A DNA stretch of 63,320 nt, counting the filler, from Octopus bimaculoides (lineage: Eukaryota), in NCBI RefSeq assembly GCF_001194135.2. It is 8 parts of 6 records of this genome, joined end to end, with 100 filler letters (N's around TTAATTAATTAA, not from the genome) between each part and the next. Parts side by side here need not be neighbours in the genome. Positions count along the whole stretch, not along the records: positions 1 to 23,313 come from NC_068987.1; 7 more parts are not named here. One strand, written 5' to 3'. A program made the position numbers and the translations under genes. The first letter of the stretch is position 1; every line of letters starts with the position of its first letter. Below are positions 1-13,068 of the stretch, in pieces. The notes beneath the pieces are model-generated. The model saw nothing but the letters and a program-made list of their open reading frames with translations. It was not told the DNA's origin and made no database searches.

Positions 1-224
1 ATATATATATATGTATAGAAAAAGTCAACGTTAAAATCATATATATATACATATATATAGACAAAGAGAACATTAAAAATCATACAAATATATATATGAA
101 TTCACGAAAGCATGTGAGTGTACGTTTATGTATGTGCTTATTGAAACTCATACTAAATTGTTTTAATTTTGTAGAAGACCAGCAATTTCGCAAAGAGAAA
201 TCCCAATTCTTGCCTGACACTTTC

Positions 225-355
225 TTTTACCGACATCGATAGGAAGAACGACGAACTTGATTCCGCTATATTTGAACTCAGAATATTAAGAGCATGAAGA
301 AACTTCGTTAAGTGTTTTCTTCGACGCACTAAGGGTTTTGACTGCTCGCCACCGT
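225..355 (-). mobile_element. Degraded SINE family B copy
   Basis: Retains tttgaactcagaa and actgctcgccacc, matching the better copies at 26225-26447 and 57794-58025. Confidence 0.5.
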
Positions 356-1105
356 AATCTTCTGAAACAGAACGATAACAGCAAGTTGAAACGTAATGTA
401 GAATCACATGACTGGTACACACATATATTTTGTCCACGGACTACATATCATTTTTAGCTATGAGTCTTAAAATGATTCTATTTGTAAAGGTAATGTAATC
501 CATTAGGAAAAGTTCCCTGTTCTCTGAGAAATCTACAGGCATTTTTAATATAAATATCGGATTTCCTATGTAATATTGAACAAGCAGAGTTTTGAGGCAT
601 TCAAGAAAATCAATACATAATATATGAGATTAGATGCAATCTCATCTTGCAATCTGAATATGTGGGCATCATATATCAGTTGCGTCATCTTCGGAAGCAA
701 CATGTGTTTCTATGGAAAGTATGCAGCAGCAGATATTGTAGAGCGAATGTGCGAAATACACCTGTTCATTTACGATATGTGTTCAAATCTAGAGGTTATT
801 TTAAAATAACTAATTATGTTCTGTAGTGCCAGTTGATGACCGTGATATTGAGCTGTTGTTGTTATTGTTGTTGTCATCGCTATTGTTGTAGTTATAGTTG
901 ATTTTATCAGTTTGATGCAGTGAAATCCTAATAGAACAGAACTATCATGGAAGTCATTCGGTCATTGAAAATGCCGTTATTTTGCTACATAACAACGTTA
1001 TGATATACTTACATTAATACGTACCTATATAAATGCATATATACCTATATCAAGGCATACATTATAGATACATACCTATCACAGATGTAGAATATCAAGA
1101 TCGCA

Positions 1106-2036
1106 TTATGGGCCATCTCATATACAATGCTTTTTTTAAATATTTCTTTTATTTTTCAAAATTAGGATAAACAACGTTCTTTTTGATCTAAAATAAAATC
1201 TCCTTCAATTTCTAAAATGCTCTTCCATCTCTCTGGAATATTTTCAATGTCTCCCTTCCAAAATTTACTTGTCCGTGATGAAAAATACTCCTCTAGAACT
1301 GTTTTTCCCTCGTCTACAGAATCCATAATTTTTCCGTCGAAATCATTTTGAAGACTGCGGAATAACTGATAATCAGATGGGGAAGTACCGGCGAATATGG
1401 TGGGTGGGGCATCCTTTCCCATTGAAACTGCCCCAGCCTTTGGGATTAGTTATCCTCGCTGTATGTGACCGAGAATTATCCTGATGGAAGAGCACCTTTC
1501 TTCTTCAAACCAAAGATGGTCGTTTTCCATCTTGCGCATGTGTCAATGAATAGTTGAATGACCAAATCCAATCTTCTCTGCCAGTTACTCAACAGTTACG
1601 ATGGGATTCTTTTCCAATCAAGGTTTCCAGGACAGCCTCGTAGAGCTCTGCAGATATTCCAGGACGAGACTCGTCTTCTAGGCTGTGGGTTCCGGCTTGG
1701 AATTTCTGGAACCACCGTTGACGTGGGTTTACACTTATTGTCCGATCCCCATATACGGGATTAATATTCCTCACACTTTCGTTTGAGTTGTTCCCTTTAT
1801 TGAACTCATAAATCAAAATATGCCGAATATGCTCTTTTGTCATTTCCATTATAGCTTTGAAAAAATAACTGTTAAAATCGAACGGTACTATTCAAAACTT
1901 GCACAAAGAATAAGGACAAGGTAAACTTACTACCTCCTTTTATAACAGGTTGATGCAAGTACCTTATCTCGTACACCTCTGATTTTAGTTTATGCAATTG
2001 AAAAGGTCCACATTATTTATGGGATGACACAATATA
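1106..2036 (-). mobile_element. Internally deleted mariner element with degenerate TIRs
   Basis: N-terminal HTH piece 1589-1849 (MEMTKEHIRHILIYEFNKG..RWFQKF) and C-terminal piece 1162-1422 (SPSDYQLFRSLQN..IENIPERWK); imperfect ~25-bp inverted ends at ~1106-1130 and ~2010-2036; central catalytic region missing. Confidence 0.85.
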
Positions 2037-2124
2037 CAGATTCTGCTTTAGCAGGTGGTGTGGTAAATATAAAAGATTTTCTCCACAGCTCGATAAATGA
2101 AGTTATGTCGTGTTGGTGTGTTAC

Positions 2125-2510
2125 TGGTGGCACTCCGTCGGTTACGCCGACGAGAGTTCCAGTTGATCCGATGAAGGGAACAGCCTGCTCCTGAAATTAA
2201 CCTGCAAGTGACTGAGCACTCCACAGTCACGTGTAGCCTTAACGTAGTTCTCGGGGATATTCACCGTGACACAAAGTGTGACAAGGCTGGCCCTTTGAAA
2301 TACATGTACAAAAGAAACATGAAGAAAGAGTGAGAGAAAGTTATAGTGAAAGAATACAGCAGGGTTCGCTATCACACCCCCTGTCGGAGCCTCGTGGAAC
2401 GTTAGGTGTTTTCGCTCAATAAACACTATCAAAGACCGCTCTGGGAATCGAAACCGCGACCCTATGGCCGCGAGTCAGCTGCCACAACCACCGCGCCATT
2501 GTGCCTCCAC
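2125..2510 (-). mobile_element. tRNA-derived SINE, family D
   Basis: Minus-strand head GGAGGCACAATGGCGCGGTGG..GGTTTCGATTCCC has A/B boxes; ~200-bp 3' body shared with 48062-48360. Confidence 0.8.
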
Positions 2511-3549
2511 ATTAAAAGATAACAAATCACTTGCTATGCTCAATTATTAGGTCAATGTATTCGAATTGAATATAAGCTGAGTACAAATATTTAATCAAAA
2601 TGGTAGAAATAGTGAACGCTTCAGGTAGGAGGAAGGTACTGAATCATTTTAATGAAATGATATTTTCTTCTACAACTAACTGGAAGATGAATGTGAGACT
2701 GAATGTCAGTGAGTGTTGAGTTAAGACTATTCGCCAAGCTATGTTGTTAAGAACGCATGGATTTTAATTTGTGGTATTCGACATTCTGCAGCCAGATCAA
2801 AACCTTTTAAAACTTTCATGATTAGTTTCATTGGTAGGGTAAGAAATGAGAAAAAAAAAAACAGTTATACATGCATATAGACATATATTTATACACACAC
2901 TAGTATATATATATATATATNNNNNNNNNNNNNNNNNNNNNNNNNNNNNNNNNNNNNNNNNNNNNNNNNNNNNNNNNNNNNNNNNNNNNNNNNNNNNNNN
3001 NNNNNNNNNNNNNNNNNNNNNNNNNNNNNNNNNNNNNNNNNNNNNNNNNNNNNNNNNNNNNNNNNNNNNNNNNNNNNNNNNNNNNNNNNNNNNNNNNNNN
3101 NNNNNNNNNNNNNNNNNNNNNNNNNNNNNNNNNNNNNNNNNNNNNNNNNNNNNNNNNNNNNNNNNNNNNNNNNNNNNNNNNNNNNNNNNNNNNNNNNNNN
3201 NNNNNNNNNNNNNNNNNNNNNNNNNNNNNNNNNNNNNNNNNNNNNNNNNNNNNNNNNNNNNNNNNNNNNNNNNNNNNNNNNNNNNNNNNNNNNNNNNNNN
3301 NNNNNNNNNNNNNNNNNNNNNNNNNNNNNNNNNNNNNNNNNNNNNNNNNNNNNNNNNNNNNNNNNNNNNNNNNNNNNNNNNNNNNNNNNNNNNNNNNNNN
3401 NNNNNNNNNNNNNNNNNNNNNNNNNNNNNNNNNNNNNNNNNNNNNNNNNNNNNNNNNNNNNNNNNNNNNNNNNNNNNNNNNNNNNNNNNNNNNNNNNNNN
3501 NNNNNNNNNNNNNNNNNNNNNNNNNNNNNNNNNNNNNNNNNNNNNNNNN

Positions 3550-3600
<51 letters not shown>

Positions 3601-5089
3601 TGTGTGTGTGTGTACTAATACACATATATATATTGAAAAGGAAATGTTTCATGAAGAACAGAAATGGCAGAATATGAAGTTATAATGTTACCGATTATGG
3701 ATTACCATGTCTCTCTTTCTCCTCTTGTTGCAAATTTTGTGAGATACACTTCAATTCAAATTCTTAACGAAATCCTTATTTTCGCATATTTTATTCGATG
3801 AAGATGACTTTATTTGCTCAACAGAATCATATGTGCTCAAAATATTGGCTGGACAAACCGCAGGAACTGCTAACAAATCCTGCGATCTATTTCCATATTT
3901 AACGATGGCTTCAAGGCGGTGTGTGTGTGTGTGTCTGTGTGTAGAGATGCATGTGCGCATGTGTTTGTGTTATTGGATGTATAATTCTAAGATAAAAATT
4001 TATAGTAATACATTTATTGCTTCCTTTCGATTGTTTCAGCATTACATGACTCATATCCATCAGGAATATTGATATGGATATGAATGTAAATGATTGTATA
4101 ATGACACAACGCATTGCATGTGATCTATGTTCATCTCATCAGACAAAGCTCAAAAAGCAATACAATTTACAATTTGTAGGATGATATACATTGATATTTG
4201 ATAAGAACATAGGAGGAATTTCGTACGTATATGTAGAGAATAAAGCCTCTACGCCCCACATACACTTATAAATAAAGAAATAAATATATACACACACACA
4301 CACACANNNNNNNNNNATATATATATATATATACCAAACTATTTTCCAGCTTTTGGAACTTCGATACGGGATAAATTTACAACATTCTACGTCAATGAAC
4401 CACTATTATTCCTGAGTGTTTTTGTAAATGCCTTCTTCTGCTCGAGTCTTACTATCTTCCTACACCGTAATCCTTTGATCTTAACTTTACACATGCACAC
4501 ACCCATAATCACGAGGACATATATGTATATATATGCGGGGATATTGGTGTAAGTGGGTGTTTTTTTTTTATGTGTGCTTGTGTGCGTATATATAAAATTT
4601 GCAGTAACACACAAGCAATTATGATTTGATATGTACTTAATAACCACAAACTTTCCTCACTGAAACATCGAGGATGTGATATCTTTGGCGAGACACATCT
4701 GCTTCTACTTTTTGCTAACTATAATGGCGCAAAATTTAAAATAAAATGCCGCCCTCAAAGACAACGCACATCGCAATCAAAGATCTAATGCACGACCTTA
4801 TGTTTCTCAGACCTACAGCCTATCATTTAGGCTGCGTTTTAGTGACACTCAAAAGCTGTTCATTATTCAACTCCTTCTGTGTATGGTCTTGCTATGTATT
4901 GTTGTTCATACATTCGATTTTGTCAATGTTGTCCAATCGCGATATTTTGAAATGATATTTTAATTATTTTTAATAGTTTACACTCTGTTTCTACATTTAA
5001 TTTTCCATATTTAAATAATTTTCTTGCTTGAAAACGAAACACGGATTTCGTTTTTCGTTTTTTATCACAAATAATGGTTTCAAAATTTT

Positions 5090-5287
5090 GCACAATGCCT
5101 GTAATTTCGGAGGAGGAAGAAACTCGCTTCCATCGACCCCAATGATTACCTAGTACTTATTTTATCGATCCTGAAAGGGTGGCAGGCAGAGTCGACCTCG
5201 GTGGAATTTGAACTTAGAACGTGAAGACCGACGAAATGCCGCTATGCACTTTATCCGGCGTGCTAACGATTCTGCTATCTCACCGTC
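5090..5287 (-). mobile_element. SINE family B copy
   Basis: gtcgacctcggtggaatttgaacttagaacgt..ctaacgattctgc matches the other family B copies. Confidence 0.8.
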
Positions 5288-6447
5288 TGTTTTTTTTTAT
5301 TACAAATACTAGCTACTAATTAATTAATTTTTTTAAATCTGTAATTGATATCTGTGCTACTCTAAAAGAGACATTTAATAACAATTTTCTAACTGAAAAA
5401 ATATATATCTTCTTGTATTCGTATAAATATAAACTTTCTTTGTCGAAATTTATGGAGTATCATCTACAAAAAATAATTGTTTTTCTGGGTAGAATTTCTA
5501 GCAATCTTAATATCGACAGGGAATTTTTTATTAACACTTATTATTGTAACGGCTAGTATATGAATACTCATTAGCCACTTTTTGTATGTAGGTCTATCTT
5601 AAGCGTTAATTGTAAGCTAATCCTGAAATAGTATTACATCTTAGTTTTGCGTTTCAATTTTGTATACTACTTCACGGCTTCTGTTATAATTCTCATATCT
5701 CTGTTCATTATATTAACATAATACTAGTTGTTCGTTACATATATTTTGTGTTGATGTTTTAGAAACCATCTTGCATGAGAATGTTACAAGGTTGGGTTGC
5801 AGTGTTGTCACATACTTATCAGCTGTAGCGTACCGATTGGCGTTCTTTATAGAACAATAAAAGTCAGGCTCATCCGATGATAGTCTACTGTTGCATGCGT
5901 ATTATATGAGCTAAAGCGAGACAAATAAATGAAAGAAGTCACAACAGAACATTTTCTCAAATTCATAAATATTTTCTTTTCATCCGAAACTCAGTATTCT
6001 TTAGTTTCATATTTCGTTTCCTTCTGCAGAATTGCCATCTGTTGATGTTCTCAACATAATCTTCGCTGATAAGTCTAGGTGTATATTAGGAAAAGACATT
6101 AGATAACCAATCCATACAATGAAAACACGGTATTTGTCCTTCCTACATATTAAGTTTAGGCTTAGGTGATTATAAGATATTACAACAAAATTATATTTTC
6201 TAGCAATACACAAGGGATATTAAAAAAAAAAAAAATTCGATTACTATTATTTTGCCTATTTCATTATGGTTACTATAGATCGTGCGGTTATACATTTGTA
6301 CGATTCATGGGGCTCGGTGTTTCAGTTAGCGTTGGTGAAATGATATTTTCCTATACGTGCAGTATTCAGGTACAACTTCTGATACTTTCTGTATATCGTC
6401 AGGCGTTATGTTTGTGTCTGTCAAGTAAATTAATCATAGGGTTTGAA

Positions 6448-6620
<173 letters not shown>

Positions 6621-8443
6621 ATGCATGCACAGTTACATAGAAATGAGAAATCTATATGCATATCTCAATGTTTTATCAATAACGGTATCTTCATATTGAA
6701 TTTTTCCATATTCATTTTTCCCTCACAAAGGAATACATGAAATGTCATGTTAAATTAACATATTGAGATTTCGCTTCGATTCCATAAATTTTTTTAATTT
6801 TTATTTTTTGAATTCACTAACTATTTTCCTCCATTTTTTCTAAACATTTATCTCAACATAACTATCTTTTAGTTATCTCGTTAAATAACTGTTCAATGTC
6901 TTAAAACACTTCCTAAGATTCTAAATGCTAATCACTGCTGCATCCGTTACTTCAACGTCTTTAACCTTTTCTCCAGTGCCATAATAGATAAAGCGTTCCT
7001 CTTAACAACGTTCGACGTACATATATACTTATATAAAAATATATACCTATATAGATGCATACATGCTTAGATGCATAAATATATTTGTGCGTGTATGTGC
7101 GTGTGTGTGTGTGCGTGTGCGTGCGAGTTTGCGTGTAAGTGTGCGCACGCGTATATATATATATAATTATATGAATATATGTAAATATATATATGTGTGT
7201 ATGTGCGTGAGTATGTATATGCGATATTCCTCTCCTCACTCACATATATATTTGAGTGTGTGTGCGTGTGTATTTTTTTATTCTTATATAGAAAGCGGCT
7301 TTGGTGTTAAACCTGGAATCTATCTGCTTTTCATCCATTTCTTATCTGATGATACCTCTTTTGAAAAATGTTTATTACTCCATTTGGAAATATCAAAGTT
7401 CAAATATAGAAAAGCTAATTAAAGACCATTTATAACATTTTATTGAAAAGAGATAGAAAAGATAACTTGTAAAATTCTTTCGCAACAAATCTTTACATCA
7501 ACAACTCTAAGTTATTTTCAGCATCTTTGAACCTTAGATATAGAATGCCATCATTGCGTATCGTACGCTGTACTGATATCCAATTAACCTAAATAACGTA
7601 TCTACAATAATTATTTTTGCCATTTTCGGTTTTCATTTTAGCCGTTTTCTTGGCCATTACACTCGCTTAAGTTTTATGTTTACACAGTGAAAATTAATAT
7701 TAATATTATGTATTTTGCGAATCAATAAATATCTTGTATTACATTGACCCAATCGGAAGACCTGAAGCAAATATTATTGCCCTTTTCTGTTCTACGATCC
7801 AGATGCAATATTTTCAAAAAGTTTTCTTAATCCGGAGATAATTCCCAAATGCTTTCAATGGAATGTACTCAGTTAAATGCTAGTATGAGAAAAAAGGTAT
7901 TTTTAAATCTCTCCAAATCTGCCATCAAACAACAAGAAGTGTTCCTTTGACTAAGTTTCACTCCGAAATTTTTATCTGTCGATATACGTCCACGGAATAA
8001 ATATTCCGAAAATATCGCGATGTGGAATCGGGTAAGACACCATATAGTTTCTAAGAGAAATAGCCAAAGCTTAATAGTAACTCAACATATATAAGTAACT
8101 TTTCTTGCATTGTATGGATGGAGTCGTACATATGCGCCCATAAGTAATCGGATCACTTGGGAAATGTTAAACTATCAGTTCAATGTTTAAGAAATGAATT
8201 TGTCTCGTGGTAACAACACTAAAGTATATTAGTAAATAGAGATGAATTTCACAACTCCGGAAACGTAGAAGCTATCAAGCAGTCAAATATAACCCATTTG
8301 AATCTTGTTACGAAGTGCTTCAAAAAGTATATGTTGTATAGTGAAACTGTATAGCCCTTCCGGTAAAAAAGTGGTAGCAGCCAGCCATTATATTAGAAAT
8401 AGACCAGCAGCCGTTCGACAAAATAAGGCGAGAAGGTCGAAGG

Positions 8444-10202
8444 TATTTGGCTTCCGGTTTATGGTTGTTCAGTTGCATTTTTGAATTCGTTTGGTACATA
8501 CGTGTTTTTGGCCGTCCTGGTGGAGCGACGTTTTGCATCTTGTATAGCGGAAGGGCACCGTGCGGGGGATTGGGGAAGGTTACTGTGTTCTTCCCTAGAA
8601 CGTGGTTCATCTGAGGAGTTAGTTGAGTGCTTGAGCGGGATGGACAGTGAAGTGGGGAGGAGGAGTTGTGCAGCGGCGGCTGGAGGGGGTATTGAGGAAG
8701 TAAACCTGGAGGGGTTGAGTAAGTTTAGGGTAAATAGATATTAGGGGGTAATTGAGGGGGAGTGATGTAATGGTGCTCCCCTTTAAGTGGAAGTTGAATG
8801 ACGGGGAAAGGGGAACAATTGTATACAGAACTTGCGCCGCAGCAGCAGGGAGGATGGAGTGGTGTCGGAGGCACAGGTGGAGCGGCACTGAGGTCGGTCT
8901 GGCAGGAGATGGCATGCCTTGCCAGGGGTCGAAGGTGTGGAGCGGTGGGGGTGCAGTTTCCGGAGATGGCAGCTGCCAGACTGTACACGGCCACACCGCT
9001 GAAGACAGATGAGGCGGTGCTTCTACCCATGTACTTTGGGACTCGTACTTCCAGGGTACGGGTGGAAGACATACCACCAAAAGTGAATGTAACCTGGCTG
9101 ATGGCTGCCATACTGCTAGGCATAGAAGTGAAGATGTGGTCCTGCAGGCCAACAGAACGCCTCACAGGCATTGGGAGGGACAAACTCTTGAAATGGTGGT
9201 ACAGGTCTCGGAGGAGGACTTACAAAAAATAGTCAAAAGTATCACAGTGGGAGAGTTGATTTTAAAGGTCACAGTGTAATGGAGGATTCCGCGATATTAT
9301 AAATGTGGCCTGAAAAGCCATATTAGGGAGGAGTGTCCTCCACCACTAGAAAAGAACAAGGAGAGACAGGGGGAGAAATGGCTGGTGTTACACTGCCTGT
9401 GGAGGAAGAAATAAGTGAGGTGGAACTACAGAAGAAGATAAGCACGAGTGTCGAGAAGCGGGAAGAATCAAATACCAGTTGAGATTTGGTGGAGAAAAAG
9501 AGCAAGAAGAGGCGGAAAAAGACACACAAGGTAAAGGATGACCACCCCACCCACGCCAACCCGGCCCTCACCCACACCCACTCTACCCCAGCCACTCCCT
9601 ACAGATATCAAGCCTTCCCATGCCCAATCTGACAAAATATATGGCAAACACACAGGTGTCTCAAAACTACCCACCCCGCCCTGTAAAGAAAAATTCGTAT
9701 TAATGTGCAATGGACCGTTTGAGGAACTGGATAACAAAGTAAATTCGTGGGACAGAATAGTTAAGGTGGATATAGCAGGTGTAAGGTGCCTGCCCGAGAA
9801 TGATTATTGTGTGCTGACGGACCTGGAAAACCTGTGGAAGGTGCATAGGCATATAGAAAACTGTGACTGTGAATGGTGGGCCAAAAAATAGACACCTGCA
9901 CAATGCCGAAAAGAAAAATAAGGTACGTGGACATTTAAAAAAAATATAATATAGACATTTTGGAAAAAGAGATGGATTAACTATTGTGCAAATATTTGTG
10001 TTCAAATGAAATATCAAATTGGTTGTTACAAGGGGTAATGCAAATGGTGTTGCTACAGGTTCAATGAAGTCGCTCGGAGGTGGGGCCGAGCGACTTCATT
10101 TCATCTTTCATTTTATAATTTCATTCATTTCATTCGTTTTGTTTTGTTTTTATCCCCACCATGTGCCGTCCTCTCTGAGTAAGGCCTTTATGGCCATAAA
10201 AT
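8444..10202 (+). mobile_element. Tx1/L1-like non-LTR retrotransposon derivative (ORF1 relic + 3' end, ORF2 largely deleted)
   Basis: 24-bp TSD (8420-8443 vs 10203-10226, 22/24 identical); frameshifted GC-rich ORF1 with decayed zinc knuckle YYKCGLKSHIREEC (9295-9336); short TFWKKRW ORF2-end-like segment near 9955; 3' stem-loop and ATAAA tail. Clade assignment is inference. Confidence 0.7.
10063..10100 (+). other. Perfect 15-bp stem, 8-nt loop in the LINE 3' UTR
   Basis: AATGAAGTCGCTCGG-AGGTGGGG-CCGAGCGACTTCATT. Confidence 0.9.
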
Positions 10203-10589
10203 AAAATAAGGTGAGAAGGGCGAAGGAACGAGTAGACTGTTGATAGTCGTGTCTGTGCTTATATAGTAATACACTGGTATACTGAGTGGGCGTTATATCG
10301 ATCCAACTTTTTGAGAATAATACTGTGAGAGTCGGGGTCATCAGTGCCAGATACAACCGTTCTATTGACGACTTCAGAATATAACAATATCTGTCAGAGA
10401 GATAACCGTCGTCAAAAGACAGATACAACAGTAGGAAAAGACCACTTTACAACAGCGGCGATGAGGAAAAGCCCCCCCCCCCCAAAAAAAAAAAAACGTT
10501 TCACACGGAGAGTTTAAAATAATTCACGTGGAAAATTAAATAACTCGACCAAACTAATCTCATGTGAAAACTTCCGAAAATCGTAAAAT

Positions 10590-11010
10590 ATGGAAGACTT
10601 GTTTGCTGGGTTATTGAGTTGCAAAAACAGTAACAACAGCAAATCAAGTAACAACTAGAACAACAATAAGGATTGCAGCGCAAATGTTGCAAATAATGAG
10701 GTTGATAACCACACCGGAGAGTACATTTTCATCTGAACGTGGAGCAAATTCCATAAGCAAATTCAAATATGATACCGAAGAAGGAGTGACTACCTACTAC
10801 AAAATGGGAACCTTGACTGGAAGTGAAAATACTATGGTGCCGATTGCATATCGATTTTGTAGGCCCGGTAAATAGATATTTCTTTCGAAGATTTCAACAA
10901 ATCTTTGAAAAGGAATGTCAGGATTGGACAGACGTTATGAAAACAACAGAGCATCAGAATAATGACTTCATATTGACAAAAAAAAAAAGAAAAGAAAAAA
11001 ACTCCGACAT
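10590..11010 (+). pseudogene. Gypsy gag N-terminal remnant
   Basis: SISKFKYDTEEGVT..FRRFQQIFEKECQDWTD..TTEH resembles Mag-clade gag N-termini; interrupted by an integrase fragment. Confidence 0.6.
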
Positions 11011-11139
11011 AAATTTAGCCGATAGAGTTAACAGAAATAACAAGAGAAATGATAAATTTATTAATGAGACAAAAAGAAAACTGTGGCCGACAAACGGATA
11101 TAAAAAAAGAATGATCTGATACAAAGAACCGCCAAGATG

Positions 11140-11740
11140 TGAGCCTGTACTCTATATGTGATGGTTTACTAATGTACGCTCAGCGGGTTGCCATACTACA
11201 GACTTTATAGAAGAGAATGCTAAAAGAGATTCATTTGGACACTCAAGCATCTCTAGAATGAAAGCGCTGAAGCGAAGTTTCGTGTACTGGACTAGCATGG
11301 ACAAAGCACCTGAAAACCTGGAAAAAGGCTGCAGAGGATGTGCACTGGCAGTGAAACTACCTACTACAAAATGTGAACCTTGGTCGGAAGTGAAAATACT
11401 ATGTTGTTGGTTGCATATCAGTTTTGCAGGCCCAGTAAAAGAATATTATTACTTAATAGTAGTGGACAGCAACACAAACTGGCGTGAGTTCGCGAGGTGT
11501 ACCCGATTATTCTCATATACGGTTATAAAATTCTTACACGAGCTGTTAGCGAGATTTGGTATATTGGATATAAGTGTCTCTGATAACGGAACACAGTTTG
11601 TATCCTGTGAGTTTAAAGGATTCTGCGAGATGTTCACATTAGAACATAAAACTATAGTACCGTATCACCCTGTCTGAAGAGTCCTTGGACACTTTTAAGA
11701 GAGATTTAAAGGAAGCTAATAAGGAAGCCACGTACTAAGA
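11140..11740 (+). pseudogene. Retroviral-type integrase remnant (HHCC + rve core)
   Basis: GHSSISRMKALKRSFVYW..CRGC..LHISFAGP..LIVVDS..SDNGTQF..PYHP. Confidence 0.92.
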
Positions 11741-11868
11741 AAAGGAAGAACACTGAATTCCTAAAAGTTGGCTCTAAGAAGAAAAGATATTGAGCACACA
11801 CACACACATACACACACACATACACACACACATACACACACACATACACACACACACACGCACACACA

Positions 11869-11900
<32 letters not shown>

Positions 11901-12062
11901 CACACACACNNNNNNNNNNNNNNNNNNNNNNNNNNNNNNNNNNNNNNNNNNNNNNNNNNNNNNNNNNNNNNNNNNNNNNNNNNNNNNNNNNNNNNNNNNN
12001 NNNNNNNNNNNNNNNNNNNNNNNNNNNNNNNNNNNNNNNNNTATATATGCATATATATATAT

Positions 12063-12102
<40 letters not shown>

Positions 12103-12992
12103 CCGGTCGACTGAAGAAGGTCAACAGTACGTGTAGACTATGTTGATAGTCATGTCTGTACTGATATAGTAATTATACTGTGATACTAAGTGGACGTTAT
12201 ATCGATCCAACCTTTTGAGGATAATGACACTGTGCGACTGGGGGTTGTACAGTGCAAGATAGAACCATTCTATCGACGACTACGGAATATAACAATATCT
12301 GTCAGAGAGACAACCGGCGTGAAAAGACAGATATAAAAGTGACAAAAGACTACTTTACATCAGTATATTTCGCAAAACGTGTGAAGATGAGAGTGGAAAT
12401 CACAATATATTTAATCTTATTTCATGGAGACCTAGTCTGTGGATTTGAACCACAATAGACTTAACTACAATTTAGTTAATTGAATCTCCACGTGGAGTTG
12501 TGAATTGCTTTGTGATTGACTCATCTCTATATTACTTCATGATCATTGGCAAGTCTATATGTTGTTTTAATAAATGAATTATACCCAATTCCTTATCAGG
12601 TCCTAAGTTTTTTACTAAGTTTTTTTTTACTAAGCTTTATCAAGTAGGTACAGAAAGAAAATAAACATAGATTTTTTTTTCTCTCTTCACGGAAACCATC
12701 AAAACATAGAGCCCTAAGAAACATACGGCATTATGGGTAGAGTAGAGTGAAACAGCACATGATTTCAAAATGAAATTAGAGAATACCATATTGGTAGGAA
12801 GGTAACATATGACATGTTAAAGAAATTCCGCATGTTTAGAAAGAAACATAAAATCTAAAAGTGATATAGTAAAACAATGATTACGGTTCGAGATGAAATA
12901 TTATAAAAAGAAACAATGCTAAAAAGTAACTAATTAAACATAAATCTAAGTAGTTTCTCCTTATCATTAACACGAGCTTTGTTGTGAATATA

Positions 12993-13068
12993 TTTCGCAA
13001 AATCTTTATAGATATTGTTAAAATGCATATTTTCGCAAAATGTTTATAGATATTGTTAAAATGCATAT
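12993..13068 (+). repeat. 38-bp tandem duplication
   Basis: tttcgcaaaat(c/g)tttatagatattgttaaaatgcatat twice, one mismatch. Confidence 0.9.

Larger units (their letters stand above)
8332..12362 (+). mobile_element. Ty3/Gypsy (Mag-like) LTR retrotransposon relic
   Basis: Starts TGTTG (8332) and ends TACATCA (12362); GTATA on both flanks (8327-8331, 12363-12367); 5' LTR split into 8332-8443 and 10203-10454; 3' LTR ~12101-12362; PBS-like GCGGCGATGAGG after the 5' LTR; gag and integrase remnants; PR/RT/RH deleted. Confidence 0.88.

Noticed and set aside
2846-3685. Long ORFs spanning N gaps (also 14453-15547, 29238-30014, 38422-38925, 49364-49972, 54909-56029)
   Set aside because: They stay open only because Ns translate as X; the flanks are microsatellites.
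6030-6078. Plus-strand exon candidate (LPSVDVLNIIFADKS) after a strong acceptor
   Set aside because: Weak donor, no recognisable homology, and no frame-compatible partner that gives a sensible protein.
8450-9900. GC-rich ORF cluster resembling a host gene or CpG island
   Set aside because: Bounded by a TSD and an A-rich tail and contains a decayed CCHC knuckle; better explained as LINE ORF1.
12486-12497. Palindrome CTCCACGTGGAG (E-box)
   Set aside because: A single short palindrome is expected by chance in 63 kb.
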